64,000 bases of DNA, taken from a virus. A program made the translations under genes and the position numbers. The stretch lies in the IMG/VR virus record IMGVR_UViG_3300035390_000009, positions 6,318 through 70,317 of that record. The stretch is one strand, 5' to 3'. The notes below the pieces were generated by a model. That model was not told where the DNA came from, did no database searches, and saw nothing but the letters and a program-made list of their open reading frames with translations. Below, one piece after another: positions 47,041 through 56,542 of the stretch. Positions within the stretch are counted from its first letter, which is position 1. The number at the start of each line of letters is the position of its first letter.

Positions 47041-47083
47041 AAACCCTCTCACTATTTTATTAGGTGAGAGGGTTTTTTCCGTC
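47041..47083 (+). terminator. Terminator hairpin, near-copy of the 46186 element
   Basis: AAACCCTCTCAC-loop-GTGAGAGGGTTTTTTCCGTC. Confidence 0.8.
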
Positions 47084-47112
47084 AGCATTTTATACTGAAT
47101 CATACTAAGTTT

Positions 47113-47128
47113 TAGAACAAATTAAAAA
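47113..47128 (+). promoter_or_regulatory. Candidate promoter, motif A
   Basis: TAGAACAAATTAAAAA upstream of 47183. Confidence 0.55.
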
Positions 47129-47182
47129 ATATAGAGTTTGGAAATACAAATATTAATTTTAGATTTATAAAGGGGTTAAGCT

Positions 47183-49621
47183 ATGGCGAATTATATATAC
47201 GGAGCTGTTGCTTTAAATGGTGGGGTTACAGGTTCATTAGATTCTATTGATGGAACTGACCTTGCTCAAGGCGATGCAGCAATTGTTTTTACATCAGATG
47301 CTACATATATTTATACATTAGATGAATCAAGTGGTGGTACTGAAAGTTCGCCTGATTTAATCTCACCAGATGCAAATGAAGAAAACAAGAGATGGATTTT
47401 AGTTTCAAGTAGAGCTGCTGAGTCAGCATTAGATGTCACTACATTTAATGGTATACTTGATGCTAACGATGATGATGTTCAAAAAGCATTGATAACAATT
47501 GATGATATGTTTGATAGTGGAGATTTTACTATTGCACCTGGATCAGTTACATTAGTTGATACTGTAGTAAAAGTAATTACTACTGATAATGGTACAGTAG
47601 GTGTTGTTGGTCATTCATTGGCTATTAATGGTACTGGTAAAGTTAATACCACAGGATCAGGATCAGCAGTATCAATTGCAGTTGATGATCTTAAAGTTGT
47701 AACTAAAACAGCTGCTTATTCTATTACTACTGCCGATGATATTGTTATTGGTGATTGTTCTGGTGGAGATATTGAATTAACATTACCTCAAGCAGCAACT
47801 AAATCATCTATTTCAATTTTTAAGAAATCATCTTCTAATACATTAACAGTTAGTTGTTATGGATCAGAAACTATTGAAGCTAATACCTCATATACTATAG
47901 ATGACGAGTATGGTTGTTTAAGACTAATTTCTGATGGTGTTAATACATGGGTAAGAAGTGCTGAGATGTATGATCTACCAACTGCTTCTTCATCATTATT
48001 AGGTGGTGTTAAGATTGGTGATTCCCTTAAGATTGCCGCTGGTATTGTTGATGTTGATTATTCAGCAGTTGATGTTGATATTATTCCTGACGTTGATATT
48101 ACTAGATCATTAGGTAGTGCATCTAAACAATGGAAAGATGTTTTCGTTGGACCTGGATCTTTATATGTAAATGGTCAACAAGTTTTATCAGATGAATCAG
48201 GAACAATTGTTTGTAGTGCTGATCCAGATCAAAACCTTCAATTTAAAACTCTTGGTTCTGGTGAACTTCAATTGTTACCTGCTGGTACTGGTTCAATTCA
48301 AATGAAAGGTAATTTCTCAATTTTAGCTGGTAAAAATATAATGTCAAGTGATGGTAATGCTATTAATTATAGTGATGGCATTGATATGAATGGAAATTCA
48401 ATTACTGGATTACCGTTACCATCTGCTGGAGGTGATGTAGCTACAAGAGATTATGTAAATACCTATTCTTCTAATGCAAGTAATCTTTCTACTGGAACTA
48501 TACCAACTTCAGTGTTACCACCTATTGCTATTACAACTACACAAACTGCTGTTTCAGAAATTGCTATGTTAGCATTAGTTACTCAAGAAGGTGATGTTGT
48601 AGTTAGAACAGATGAAAGCAGATCTTATATTAGAAATGCTGGTGTCTCTGGAACTATGTCAGACTTCAATGAACTTGCAACACCTACTGATTCAGTTCTT
48701 AGTGTTAATGGTGAAACAGGAGCAGTTACAATAAATCAAGATGAGGTTCTTGATGGTTCAACATATGTAAGAACAGCTAATGACTTTACTGATATTCTTA
48801 AAATTAAACTTGATGGAGTTGAGGCAGGTGCTGATGTTAACATGACTCCAGCAGAACTATTGACTGCTATTAAAACAGTTGATGGTCCTGGTTCTGGATT
48901 AAATGCTGATCAATTAGATAATATGGATTCAGCTAATGCAGCTACTGGTAATACAATTGTTGCAAGAGATTCTAATGGTGATGCTACATTTAGATATATG
49001 AATTGTAATGCTATAAATACTAGTATAGCTCAATCTGCTAATAATGCTCATACTATATTTTATTCTTCAACTGATGCTTTTATTAGAAAAAATACTGCTG
49101 CAGGATTTAAAGCTTCTCTTGATTTAGATCAAGTAGAAAACTTACCAGCATCTACTGGCTCAGTTGGTAATAACTTAGTACTAAGAGATGCAAGTGGAAA
49201 TTTTGCTGCTAATATTATTACTGCTACTGTTACTACTGCTAGATATGCTGATTTAGCTGAAAAACATACATGTGCGAATAAAACACTTATTACTGGTACT
49301 GTTATTTGTGCTTGTACTCAAGGTGAGTATGAAGTAGAAGAATGTTCAGATGAAAAGGCATCAAATGTTGTTGGTGTTGTTTCAGAAAAAGCTGGTTATA
49401 TAATGAATGAAGGACTAGAAGATAGTATAATTGTTGGTCTTACTGGTAAAGTCCCAGTTAGAATTATTGGTGAAGTTAAGAAAGGTGAACCAATTGTTTC
49501 AGCTGGAAATGGATGTGCAAGACAAGCAATTACTGAAATGGAACTTCTGTATAAGATGGGAGTTGCATTAGAAGATAATAGTGACATAAATGAAAAATTA
49601 GTTTATTGTGCTATAAAATAA
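47183..49621 (+). CDS. Tail fibre-like protein
   Basis: Modular Gly/Ala/Thr/Ser-rich sequence; LPTASSSLLGGVKIG, GSGLNADQLD, C-terminal ARYADLAE...VGVVS...VGLTGKVPVRI..V.KG..IVS fibre tail domain. Confidence 0.78.
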   Translation: MANYIYGAVALNGGVTGSLDSIDGTDLAQGDAAIVFTSDATYIYTLDESSGGTESSPDLISPDANEENKRWILVSSRAAESALDVTTFNGILDANDDDVQKALITIDDMFDSGDFTIAPGSVTLVDTVVKVITTDNGTVGVVGHSLAINGTGKVNTTGSGSAVSIAVDDLKVVTKTAAYSITTADDIVIGDCSGGDIELTLPQAATKSSISIFKKSSSNTLTVSCYGSETIEANTSYTIDDEYGCLRLISDGVNTWVRSAEMYDLPTASSSLLGGVKIGDSLKIAAGIVDVDYSAVDVDIIPDVDITRSLGSASKQWKDVFVGPGSLYVNGQQVLSDESGTIVCSADPDQNLQFKTLGSGELQLLPAGTGSIQMKGNFSILAGKNIMSSDGNAINYSDGIDMNGNSITGLPLPSAGGDVATRDYVNTYSSNASNLSTGTIPTSVLPPIAITTTQTAVSEIAMLALVTQEGDVVVRTDESRSYIRNAGVSGTMSDFNELATPTDSVLSVNGETGAVTINQDEVLDGSTYVRTANDFTDILKIKLDGVEAGADVNMTPAELLTAIKTVDGPGSGLNADQLDNMDSANAATGNTIVARDSNGDATFRYMNCNAINTSIAQSANNAHTIFYSSTDAFIRKNTAAGFKASLDLDQVENLPASTGSVGNNLVLRDASGNFAANIITATVTTARYADLAEKHTCANKTLITGTVICACTQGEYEVEECSDEKASNVVGVVSEKAGYIMNEGLEDSIIVGLTGKVPVRIIGEVKKGEPIVSAGNGCARQAITEMELLYKMGVALEDNSDINEKLVYCAIK

Positions 49622-49629
49622 TATAAGAA

Positions 49630-49675
49630 ACAAACTCCCTCAGTCAATATACCGATTGAGGGAGTTTGTTCCGTC
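49630..49675 (+). terminator. Terminator hairpin ending in TTCCGTC
   Basis: ACAAACTCCCTCAGTC-loop-GATTGAGGGAGTTTGT-TCCGTC. Confidence 0.78.
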
Positions 49676-49703
49676 GGAATATTTTCTTAATACTATAAAT
49701 ATT

Positions 49704-49719
49704 TAGAACAAATATAAAA
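49704..49719 (+). promoter_or_regulatory. Candidate promoter, motif A
   Basis: TAGAACAAATATAAAA upstream of 49748. Confidence 0.58.
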
Positions 49720-49747
49720 TTAATACCATCTTAAAAATGGAGGAATA

Positions 49748-50116
49748 ATGGCTGACTTAATTATACGGAAACGAAACCTAGTAGTATCAATGGGTGGAGC
49801 TTCTTCCGTAAGGTCAGTGAGCAGATATTCAGATTTTGCTCTGTTGATGTTCTTTGGTGGAACCGCTAAAGTATCAACAATTATTCAAACTGTAAATACT
49901 ATAGTAATTGAATCAGTCTCTCATGTAGCTATTGAAACTGATTGCGTTTCCTTATCTACTAACGTCTGTATTGGTACGTCAATACAAACCCATGGTCCTC
50001 CTATGGTAGATATTAAATCGTTCCTCCATTCTTTTACTGTATTTACAGTTATTTCAAGTACCTACCATGACTATAAAACAAATAATTTTTTAAAAAATAT
50101 AAGTAGATGCGGTTAG
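49748..50116 (+). CDS. Hypothetical beta-rich protein (MADLI N-terminus)
   Basis: GGAGG SD; directly precedes the giant repeat genes. Confidence 0.65.
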   Translation: MADLIIRKRNLVVSMGGASSVRSVSRYSDFALLMFFGGTAKVSTIIQTVNTIVIESVSHVAIETDCVSLSTNVCIGTSIQTHGPPMVDIKSFLHSFTVFTVISSTYHDYKTNNFLKNISRCG

Positions 50117-50144
50117 TCCGTAATTAGAATAGGAGATAAATAGT

Positions 50145-53100
50145 ATGGCTGATATTATTTTTATAAATAGAAGTAGTGTAAAATGGAATGATACATATGA
50201 TAGTTATATGGTTAATTCAGTTGTTGGTGGGGATACTATAGCAGGAGCTCAAATGACTTTAGGTAGTAATGAAACATTATCTGCTTCCTCTGTATCTGTT
50301 AGTTTAGTTGATGTTATTATGACTGCCGGTATTGCTGAATTACTAGCCTCATCTAATACAATTACTACTAGTACACCATCTGCGATTTTAACTATAGGTG
50401 TAATTGAAGTATTAACTTCTGTAAGCGATAGTTTAGTTAATATTTCTGCATGGATTACAATGGGTGTAGCTACTGACGTTGCTGGATCTCTTTCTTTCAC
50501 ATCAAATATAATTGATACTGAGTTAACTATTGGTGTAGTTGAAATTGTATCTTCAACTGTTGCATATACATCAGTTACTGCTGGTCCATTACTTGCTATT
50601 GGTAGAGATGAATTATTAACATCTAGTCAAACATCAACTGCATTTGTAACCGGTTTGTTAGATCTTGGTGTAACAGAGTTACTTGCCTCATCATCATCAA
50701 ATGCCTCAACTACAGATGCTTGGTTGCAAATAGGTATTCTTGAACCATTGAGCTCTACTGCTACTTGTGTTGTTAATGAAACTGATAAAGAATTAACAAT
50801 GGGAGAAGAAGTTGAATTATCTAACGGTATTATTATTCAATCAAACTCTGTTTCCTTATTAGACTTAGGGGTTTCTGAATTATTAGCATCTACTGGTCCT
50901 ATTAGTTCTACTGTTTCAGCCGCAGTTATTACAATGGGTATTGATGAAGATTTATCTTCAACTATAAATATTGATTCTATTGTTTCCATTGTGAACCTTA
51001 TTAAAGGACATGTAGAAGTTCTTACTGCTACTATTGTTTTAGTTAGTCCTGTAAGTTCTCCAGATATTGTTACAGGGATTCAAGAAGCTACAGCTTCAAC
51101 TGGATCAATTGTTTCAACTATATTAAATACTGAATTAACAATGGGTTTGGAGACATTGATATCATCATCTATTAACTTAGAATCACAAGTTAGTTCATTC
51201 TTGAACTTAGGTGTTACTGAGGTATTAGAAGGAACTATCAATTTCACTAGTTCTATAAGAGAAGGTGGACAATATCTTGATCTTATCATAGGTATTCAAG
51301 AATTACTTGCATCGACTTCAGTTGATACATCTAATGCTATTGCTGAATTAACTCTTGGTAGTAATGAACCATTGAGTCATAGACTTAATAATCCAGAATT
51401 TACCAGCGATGGTGTAACAAGATTATTATATAATTTTAATAGTCTACCTATAGTTGATGAATCTCTTTATAACCATAACGCATCTGCTTACCCCGCTTCT
51501 TTATCAGGTACTCCTATATTTGGCGCTGATTCTTTAAATCCGGAAATAGGTTCAGTTGAAGTAGGTAATATTAATACTACTTTAAATTATGGCACTGGGA
51601 ATTTTTGTATAGAATTTTGGTTAAAAGATCCTGGCATTAAAGAAACTGGAGATGGTTATAGTATTCTTGATAGATTAAAATTTACTGGAGATGCAGGAAC
51701 TCAAGGTGTATATGATGCTAGTGCATATGATTCAGAAGTATTTCTTTATACTAAACTATCTAATGGAACATTAAGATTTAGTTATAGAAGTCAAGAATTT
51801 CAATATTGGTTAGGTGCTGGATATGATCATGTATATTATGGAGCATCTATCTATGTTGATCTTCCTGGAGATACTTTAGACGAAAATACTCATATTGCTA
51901 TATTTAGATATGATGGTAATATTTATTTATCTGTAAATGGTGTAATTCATGGAAATTCTATATATGATGGTTGCCCAAATCTTTCAGGCGGTACATTCGA
52001 TATTGGTAATAAACTTGGAACATATACTAACCCTGAATTAAGTATAGATTCTTATAGAATTAGTTCTGCATCAAGATATACACCTGAGACATTTGAGCCT
52101 TTAAATTATTTAAAACATATTGAATCTAATATTACTTCTGATATTACATTGGGTCTTGCAGAATTACTTGCATCAACTACAGCTAATACATCTGATGCTA
52201 TTGCTGATATAGGATTTGGTGGGTTTGAACCATTAGCTCATACTACTTCAGATGTAATTAGTAATGCTAGTGCTGTAACAATTGTATTTGGTGTTACTGA
52301 AGTATTATCAGCTTCATCCAATATAACTTCTAATTCTAACTCTACTTTAACATTAGGTATAACAGAATTAGTAGCATCAACAATTATAAATACTTCATCA
52401 GCATCTGCCACATATATAATATTCGGTGGGTTTGAAATATTAACTTCAACTTCTTTAGTGACTACTACAGTTTCATGTAATACTATTGATTTTGGTGGGT
52501 TTGAACCATTAGCTCATACATTAATTCCATCTGGTTATGTTGGTGATTGGAATGATTTATTTCAAACACCAGATGATCATTTTGTAGCTTCAATAATTAC
52601 ATCAGTATTACTTAAAGGTGTTGATGAAATTTTAACTGCAACAAGTGATACTACTACAGATGTTCAGGTCTATATTAACCTTGGTCAGAACGAGAATATG
52701 ACTTCAACAGCAAATATTGTATCAGTTGTAGATTCAGCTATAACATTAGGTGTAACAGAAGATTTAACTGCTACTATTGGACCTATCTCTACAATTTCTA
52801 ATAGTTTATTAACTATAGGTATTGATGAATTATTAGGTGATGTTGACAATGCTCTTTCATCTTCAGTAACTGCTAGTTTATCATTTGGTGTTGCAGAAGA
52901 ATTATCTCATACATTATATGAATTTTCATCTGGTCCTGTTGATCCTTATGTTATTACAGTAGCTTCTAATGCAGTATTAGATCTTGGTGTTGATGAAATA
53001 TTAGCTTTATCTGAATCTTCTACTAGTTCAACAAATGCTAGTTTAGTAATTGGTATTACTGAAGCATTAAGTTCTACTCAGTCTATTATTAGTACTATTG

Positions 53101-56100
53101 GATCTGGTGATTTAATTCTTGGTGTTGAAGAAGAATTATCAGATGAATGTGTATGTTGGACTTCTATCTCTGGCACATTAACGTCAGGATTAGTAGAAAT
53201 ATTATCATCATCAGTAGCTTCTAATTCAGTAGCAGACGCTGAATTAACATTGGGCCTTGATACACCATTATCTCATTCAATAACATTTACTCCTGGTGAA
53301 TCATTAGAAACAGGTAAATTATTTATTGATGGTGAAAGTGTAATACAAGATGAAAATGCAACATATACAATTACTACCATTGGTAATACTGCAGTTGATA
53401 CAAATGAGTATTGTCCAAAAGGTGACAGTTTAAGCTCAATTTATTTTGATGGAGATGGTGATGAATTAACAATTCCTTCAAGTTCTGATTGGGATTTAAA
53501 TAAAGATTACTTTACTGCTGACCTATGGGAAAAACCAACATTTGAGGATTCAGTTGGAACATGGATGGCTCACGAAGATCAATGGTCTATAGGCATTGGA
53601 TCAGATAATACTTTACGTGTACAGATTTATGATATTTCTGGTGTTATGTATTCTCCAAATAATATTAGTGCTTTAGTTGAAGATGCATGGGTTCATGTTG
53701 CTATAGTTAAAAATTTAAATGTTGTTAAAATTTATATTAATGGTTTACATACATCTACTATAAATATTACAAATGGTATAAAAAATGTAAATACTATACT
53801 ATCAATAGGTAAAGATAGTCATGGTTATATGGATAATATCAGAATAGATGATACAATACTTTGGACATCTGACTTTAATGTTGCATCTAATGAAAACTTA
53901 TTATATGAAACACAAAGTATTCCTGAACCTTATATAGTAATAGATACTATTGCTGCATTAACTCTTGGTATTGATACACCAATAAGTTCTACACAAGGAG
54001 TTATATCTACAACATCAATTTCCTTATTAGATCTTGGTGTTGATGTAATAAATGCTGGTGCTGTATTTAGTGTATCTGTTACTAGTGCTGATTTAATTAT
54101 TGGTCAAGATGAAATATTAACAGCAAGTGTTACTGCTCAATCTAATATAAGTTCTAATATTTCATTTGGTCAAGATGAACCTTTAAGCGCCTCTTCTGAA
54201 TTGGTTACTTCATTTGTTGCCCCATTATACTTAGGTGATACAGAGTATATGGGAATGTCAATTTCCACACAGTCTGTAACATATGCTAGTTTAGTATTAG
54301 GTGCAACAGAGTTATTAAGTGCTACAAGTGCCACAAGTCAATCAGCAATTGCTTTAATAAGTTTTGGTATTGTTGAAACTGCAAGTGTTAGTACATCATT
54401 CACTTCATCCTCAGCGGCTGACTTAACTATAGGTCATGTTGAGGAATTATCATCTACTCTGGATAGTGTTACATTAACTAATGATGTTGAAATGGATCTT
54501 GGTGGTCCAGTAGTATTAATAGGAAATACATTAGTTCAATCATATGCTATTTCAAGTACTTTAGTATTTGGTGTATCGGAATTAATGGCATCAACTATTA
54601 TATCAGCTTCAATAACTGATGCTACACTTGTATTAGGTATTGATGAACTAATGACTGCTACTGGAATAGTTACTTCTAATCCAGTTGGTTGGTTAACTAT
54701 GGGTATTGTTGAATCTTTAAGCGCGACTCAGGAATTTATTTCAACTAGTGATGCCATTGCTATTCTTGGTCTTGATGAAGTATTAGAAGCGGGTTCTATT
54801 ATTCAATCATTGGTTAATGGTGATGTTGGTCTTGGTACAATGGAAATGATGACATCAACTATTGGTCCTATATCTACTACAGGAGTTGCACTATTAGATT
54901 TAGGTGTAACAACAATTGTTGCATCAACAGGATCAATTGTTTCTAATCTTGGATCTAATTTAACTCTTGGTGCTCCAGAAGATTTATCATTTACTTGCGT
55001 TACTAATATTATAGGAGAAACTGGAGAATTATTCATTGATGGTGAAGGAATAATAGAGGATGAAAATGGAAATCATACTATAACAAATTATGGCATTCCA
55101 TCAATTGATCCATCTGAATCAGTTCAAGGTGAGTCAAGTATTTACTTCAATGGAGGTTCATATTTAGAAATAGCAGATAGTGAGGCTTGGAATTTTGGAG
55201 ATGATAATCTTACTATTGATTTCTGGATTAAACTTGAGAATTTAATAAATCCTCAATATATAATAAATCAATATGAGTCTGCAACTGAAAGATGGGATAT
55301 TTCTTATAATCCTACTAATGGAATTAGTTTTAATTTTAGAACTGCAGGGTCATTGGCATTACAATTAACTACAGGTGTTTCATCAAATACTACTGAGTGG
55401 CAACATATTGCATTAGTTAGAAATGTAAATGATTGGAGTATATATAAAGATAGTGTTTTAAAAGATTCTGAAACTCTTGATGTTACAATTCCAAATTATG
55501 CTAGTCCTTTATATATAGCATATAGACCTAACTATGCTTATAAAATGTCTGGTAATATGGATAATATAAGAGTAGTAAATGGTGATGCTCTTTGGACTTC
55601 TGAATTTGATATAGAAACTGATTTACAATATTCAGGTATTTCTGTTAATACTCATATAGCTGCTTCAGAAACTATTCCTGTATTAACTATGGGTATTGTT
55701 GAGGAATTATCATCAACTATTAATTTTACTACAGAGTCTGATGGTTCTATAGTTACTGGTATCATTGAAGTTCTTGCCACATTAGGATTTGGAATAGCTA
55801 TCACTAGTGCTGATATTACTATGGGTGTTGATGAACCATTAGCTCATACTGAAGTTGGGATAACTGGTCAATCTAATGTTGTTGCCGATCTTGGTATTCC
55901 AGGAAATTTAGAAGAATTATCATCAAGTATTTCTATTGAATTATATGCAGAGGCTACATCTCTTGATACTGGTGTAACTGAGTTAGTATCAGCATTTAAA
56001 ATGATATGGTCTCAAATTCACACTCCTGTAATTACATTTGGTGTAACTGAACTATTCAGTGGGTCTGTTTCAGTTAGTACAGTAGTTGGGACACCAGATA

Positions 56101-56504
56101 TGATTATTGGTATGCTTGAGATAATGTCAAGTACCTCATTCTCTGTAGTTGCTAATATAGTCGAGTTATCAATGGGTATTGGTGAATATGTATCATCAAC
56201 AGTAAATATTTCTTCTACTAGTGATGCATTATTAAGTACTGGCGATGATGAATTACTTGCCTCAACTATTATAACAACAGGTGCTGTTGCTGGTGAAATT
56301 ATCTTTGGTTTGATAGAGATGATTTCAGCTACAAGAATTGTCAACACAGTAACAATTGGACAAATCTTTGCAGGTATAGAAGAAATTCAAGAAGGTACTG
56401 TTGTATGTTCATCTAATACAACTGCCTTATTAGGATTAGATACTTGTTCTCTGGTACATAACAGAAGAAGATCAAGAAACGGTGGTATATTCATAACAAC
56501 ATAA
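50145..56504 (+). CDS. Giant 22-23 aa repeat protein (2119 aa) with three LamG/ConA-like domains
   Basis: Repeat [LIM]x[LIM]GxxExL[SA][ST]; LamG-like inserts near 51390-52130, 53290-53940 and 55010-55660 (F.IEFW, WVHVAIVK, KIYING, GYMDNIRI). Confidence 0.85.
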   Translation: MADIIFINRSSVKWNDTYDSYMVNSVVGGDTIAGAQMTLGSNETLSASSVSVSLVDVIMTAGIAELLASSNTITTSTPSAILTIGVIEVLTSVSDSLVNISAWITMGVATDVAGSLSFTSNIIDTELTIGVVEIVSSTVAYTSVTAGPLLAIGRDELLTSSQTSTAFVTGLLDLGVTELLASSSSNASTTDAWLQIGILEPLSSTATCVVNETDKELTMGEEVELSNGIIIQSNSVSLLDLGVSELLASTGPISSTVSAAVITMGIDEDLSSTINIDSIVSIVNLIKGHVEVLTATIVLVSPVSSPDIVTGIQEATASTGSIVSTILNTELTMGLETLISSSINLESQVSSFLNLGVTEVLEGTINFTSSIREGGQYLDLIIGIQELLASTSVDTSNAIAELTLGSNEPLSHRLNNPEFTSDGVTRLLYNFNSLPIVDESLYNHNASAYPASLSGTPIFGADSLNPEIGSVEVGNINTTLNYGTGNFCIEFWLKDPGIKETGDGYSILDRLKFTGDAGTQGVYDASAYDSEVFLYTKLSNGTLRFSYRSQEFQYWLGAGYDHVYYGASIYVDLPGDTLDENTHIAIFRYDGNIYLSVNGVIHGNSIYDGCPNLSGGTFDIGNKLGTYTNPELSIDSYRISSASRYTPETFEPLNYLKHIESNITSDITLGLAELLASTTANTSDAIADIGFGGFEPLAHTTSDVISNASAVTIVFGVTEVLSASSNITSNSNSTLTLGITELVASTIINTSSASATYIIFGGFEILTSTSLVTTTVSCNTIDFGGFEPLAHTLIPSGYVGDWNDLFQTPDDHFVASIITSVLLKGVDEILTATSDTTTDVQVYINLGQNENMTSTANIVSVVDSAITLGVTEDLTATIGPISTISNSLLTIGIDELLGDVDNALSSSVTASLSFGVAEELSHTLYEFSSGPVDPYVITVASNAVLDLGVDEILALSESSTSSTNASLVIGITEALSSTQSIISTIGSGDLILGVEEELSDECVCWTSISGTLTSGLVEILSSSVASNSVADAELTLGLDTPLSHSITFTPGESLETGKLFIDGESVIQDENATYTITTIGNTAVDTNEYCPKGDSLSSIYFDGDGDELTIPSSSDWDLNKDYFTADLWEKPTFEDSVGTWMAHEDQWSIGIGSDNTLRVQIYDISGVMYSPNNISALVEDAWVHVAIVKNLNVVKIYINGLHTSTINITNGIKNVNTILSIGKDSHGYMDNIRIDDTILWTSDFNVASNENLLYETQSIPEPYIVIDTIAALTLGIDTPISSTQGVISTTSISLLDLGVDVINAGAVFSVSVTSADLIIGQDEILTASVTAQSNISSNISFGQDEPLSASSELVTSFVAPLYLGDTEYMGMSISTQSVTYASLVLGATELLSATSATSQSAIALISFGIVETASVSTSFTSSSAADLTIGHVEELSSTLDSVTLTNDVEMDLGGPVVLIGNTLVQSYAISSTLVFGVSELMASTIISASITDATLVLGIDELMTATGIVTSNPVGWLTMGIVESLSATQEFISTSDAIAILGLDEVLEAGSIIQSLVNGDVGLGTMEMMTSTIGPISTTGVALLDLGVTTIVASTGSIVSNLGSNLTLGAPEDLSFTCVTNIIGETGELFIDGEGIIEDENGNHTITNYGIPSIDPSESVQGESSIYFNGGSYLEIADSEAWNFGDDNLTIDFWIKLENLINPQYIINQYESATERWDISYNPTNGISFNFRTAGSLALQLTTGVSSNTTEWQHIALVRNVNDWSIYKDSVLKDSETLDVTIPNYASPLYIAYRPNYAYKMSGNMDNIRVVNGDALWTSEFDIETDLQYSGISVNTHIAASETIPVLTMGIVEELSSTINFTTESDGSIVTGIIEVLATLGFGIAITSADITMGVDEPLAHTEVGITGQSNVVADLGIPGNLEELSSSISIELYAEATSLDTGVTELVSAFKMIWSQIHTPVITFGVTELFSGSVSVSTVVGTPDMIIGMLEIMSSTSFSVVANIVELSMGIGEYVSSTVNISSTSDALLSTGDDELLASTIITTGAVAGEIIFGLIEMISATRIVNTVTIGQIFAGIEEIQEGTVVCSSNTTALLGLDTCSLVHNRRRSRNGGIFITT

Positions 56505-56542
56505 AATGTTCTATTAACTAATTCTCAAAGGAAATAATACTT

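Noticed and set aside
860-49587. Other nested or antisense track ORFs (for example 860, 14509, 15312, 16960, 18152, 21840, 23156, 23940, 27547, 28119, 29224, 36873, 38091, 38632, 40225, 42640, 44293, 45534, 45872, 49396)
   Set aside because: Each overlaps a better-supported gene that has an SD and operon coupling.
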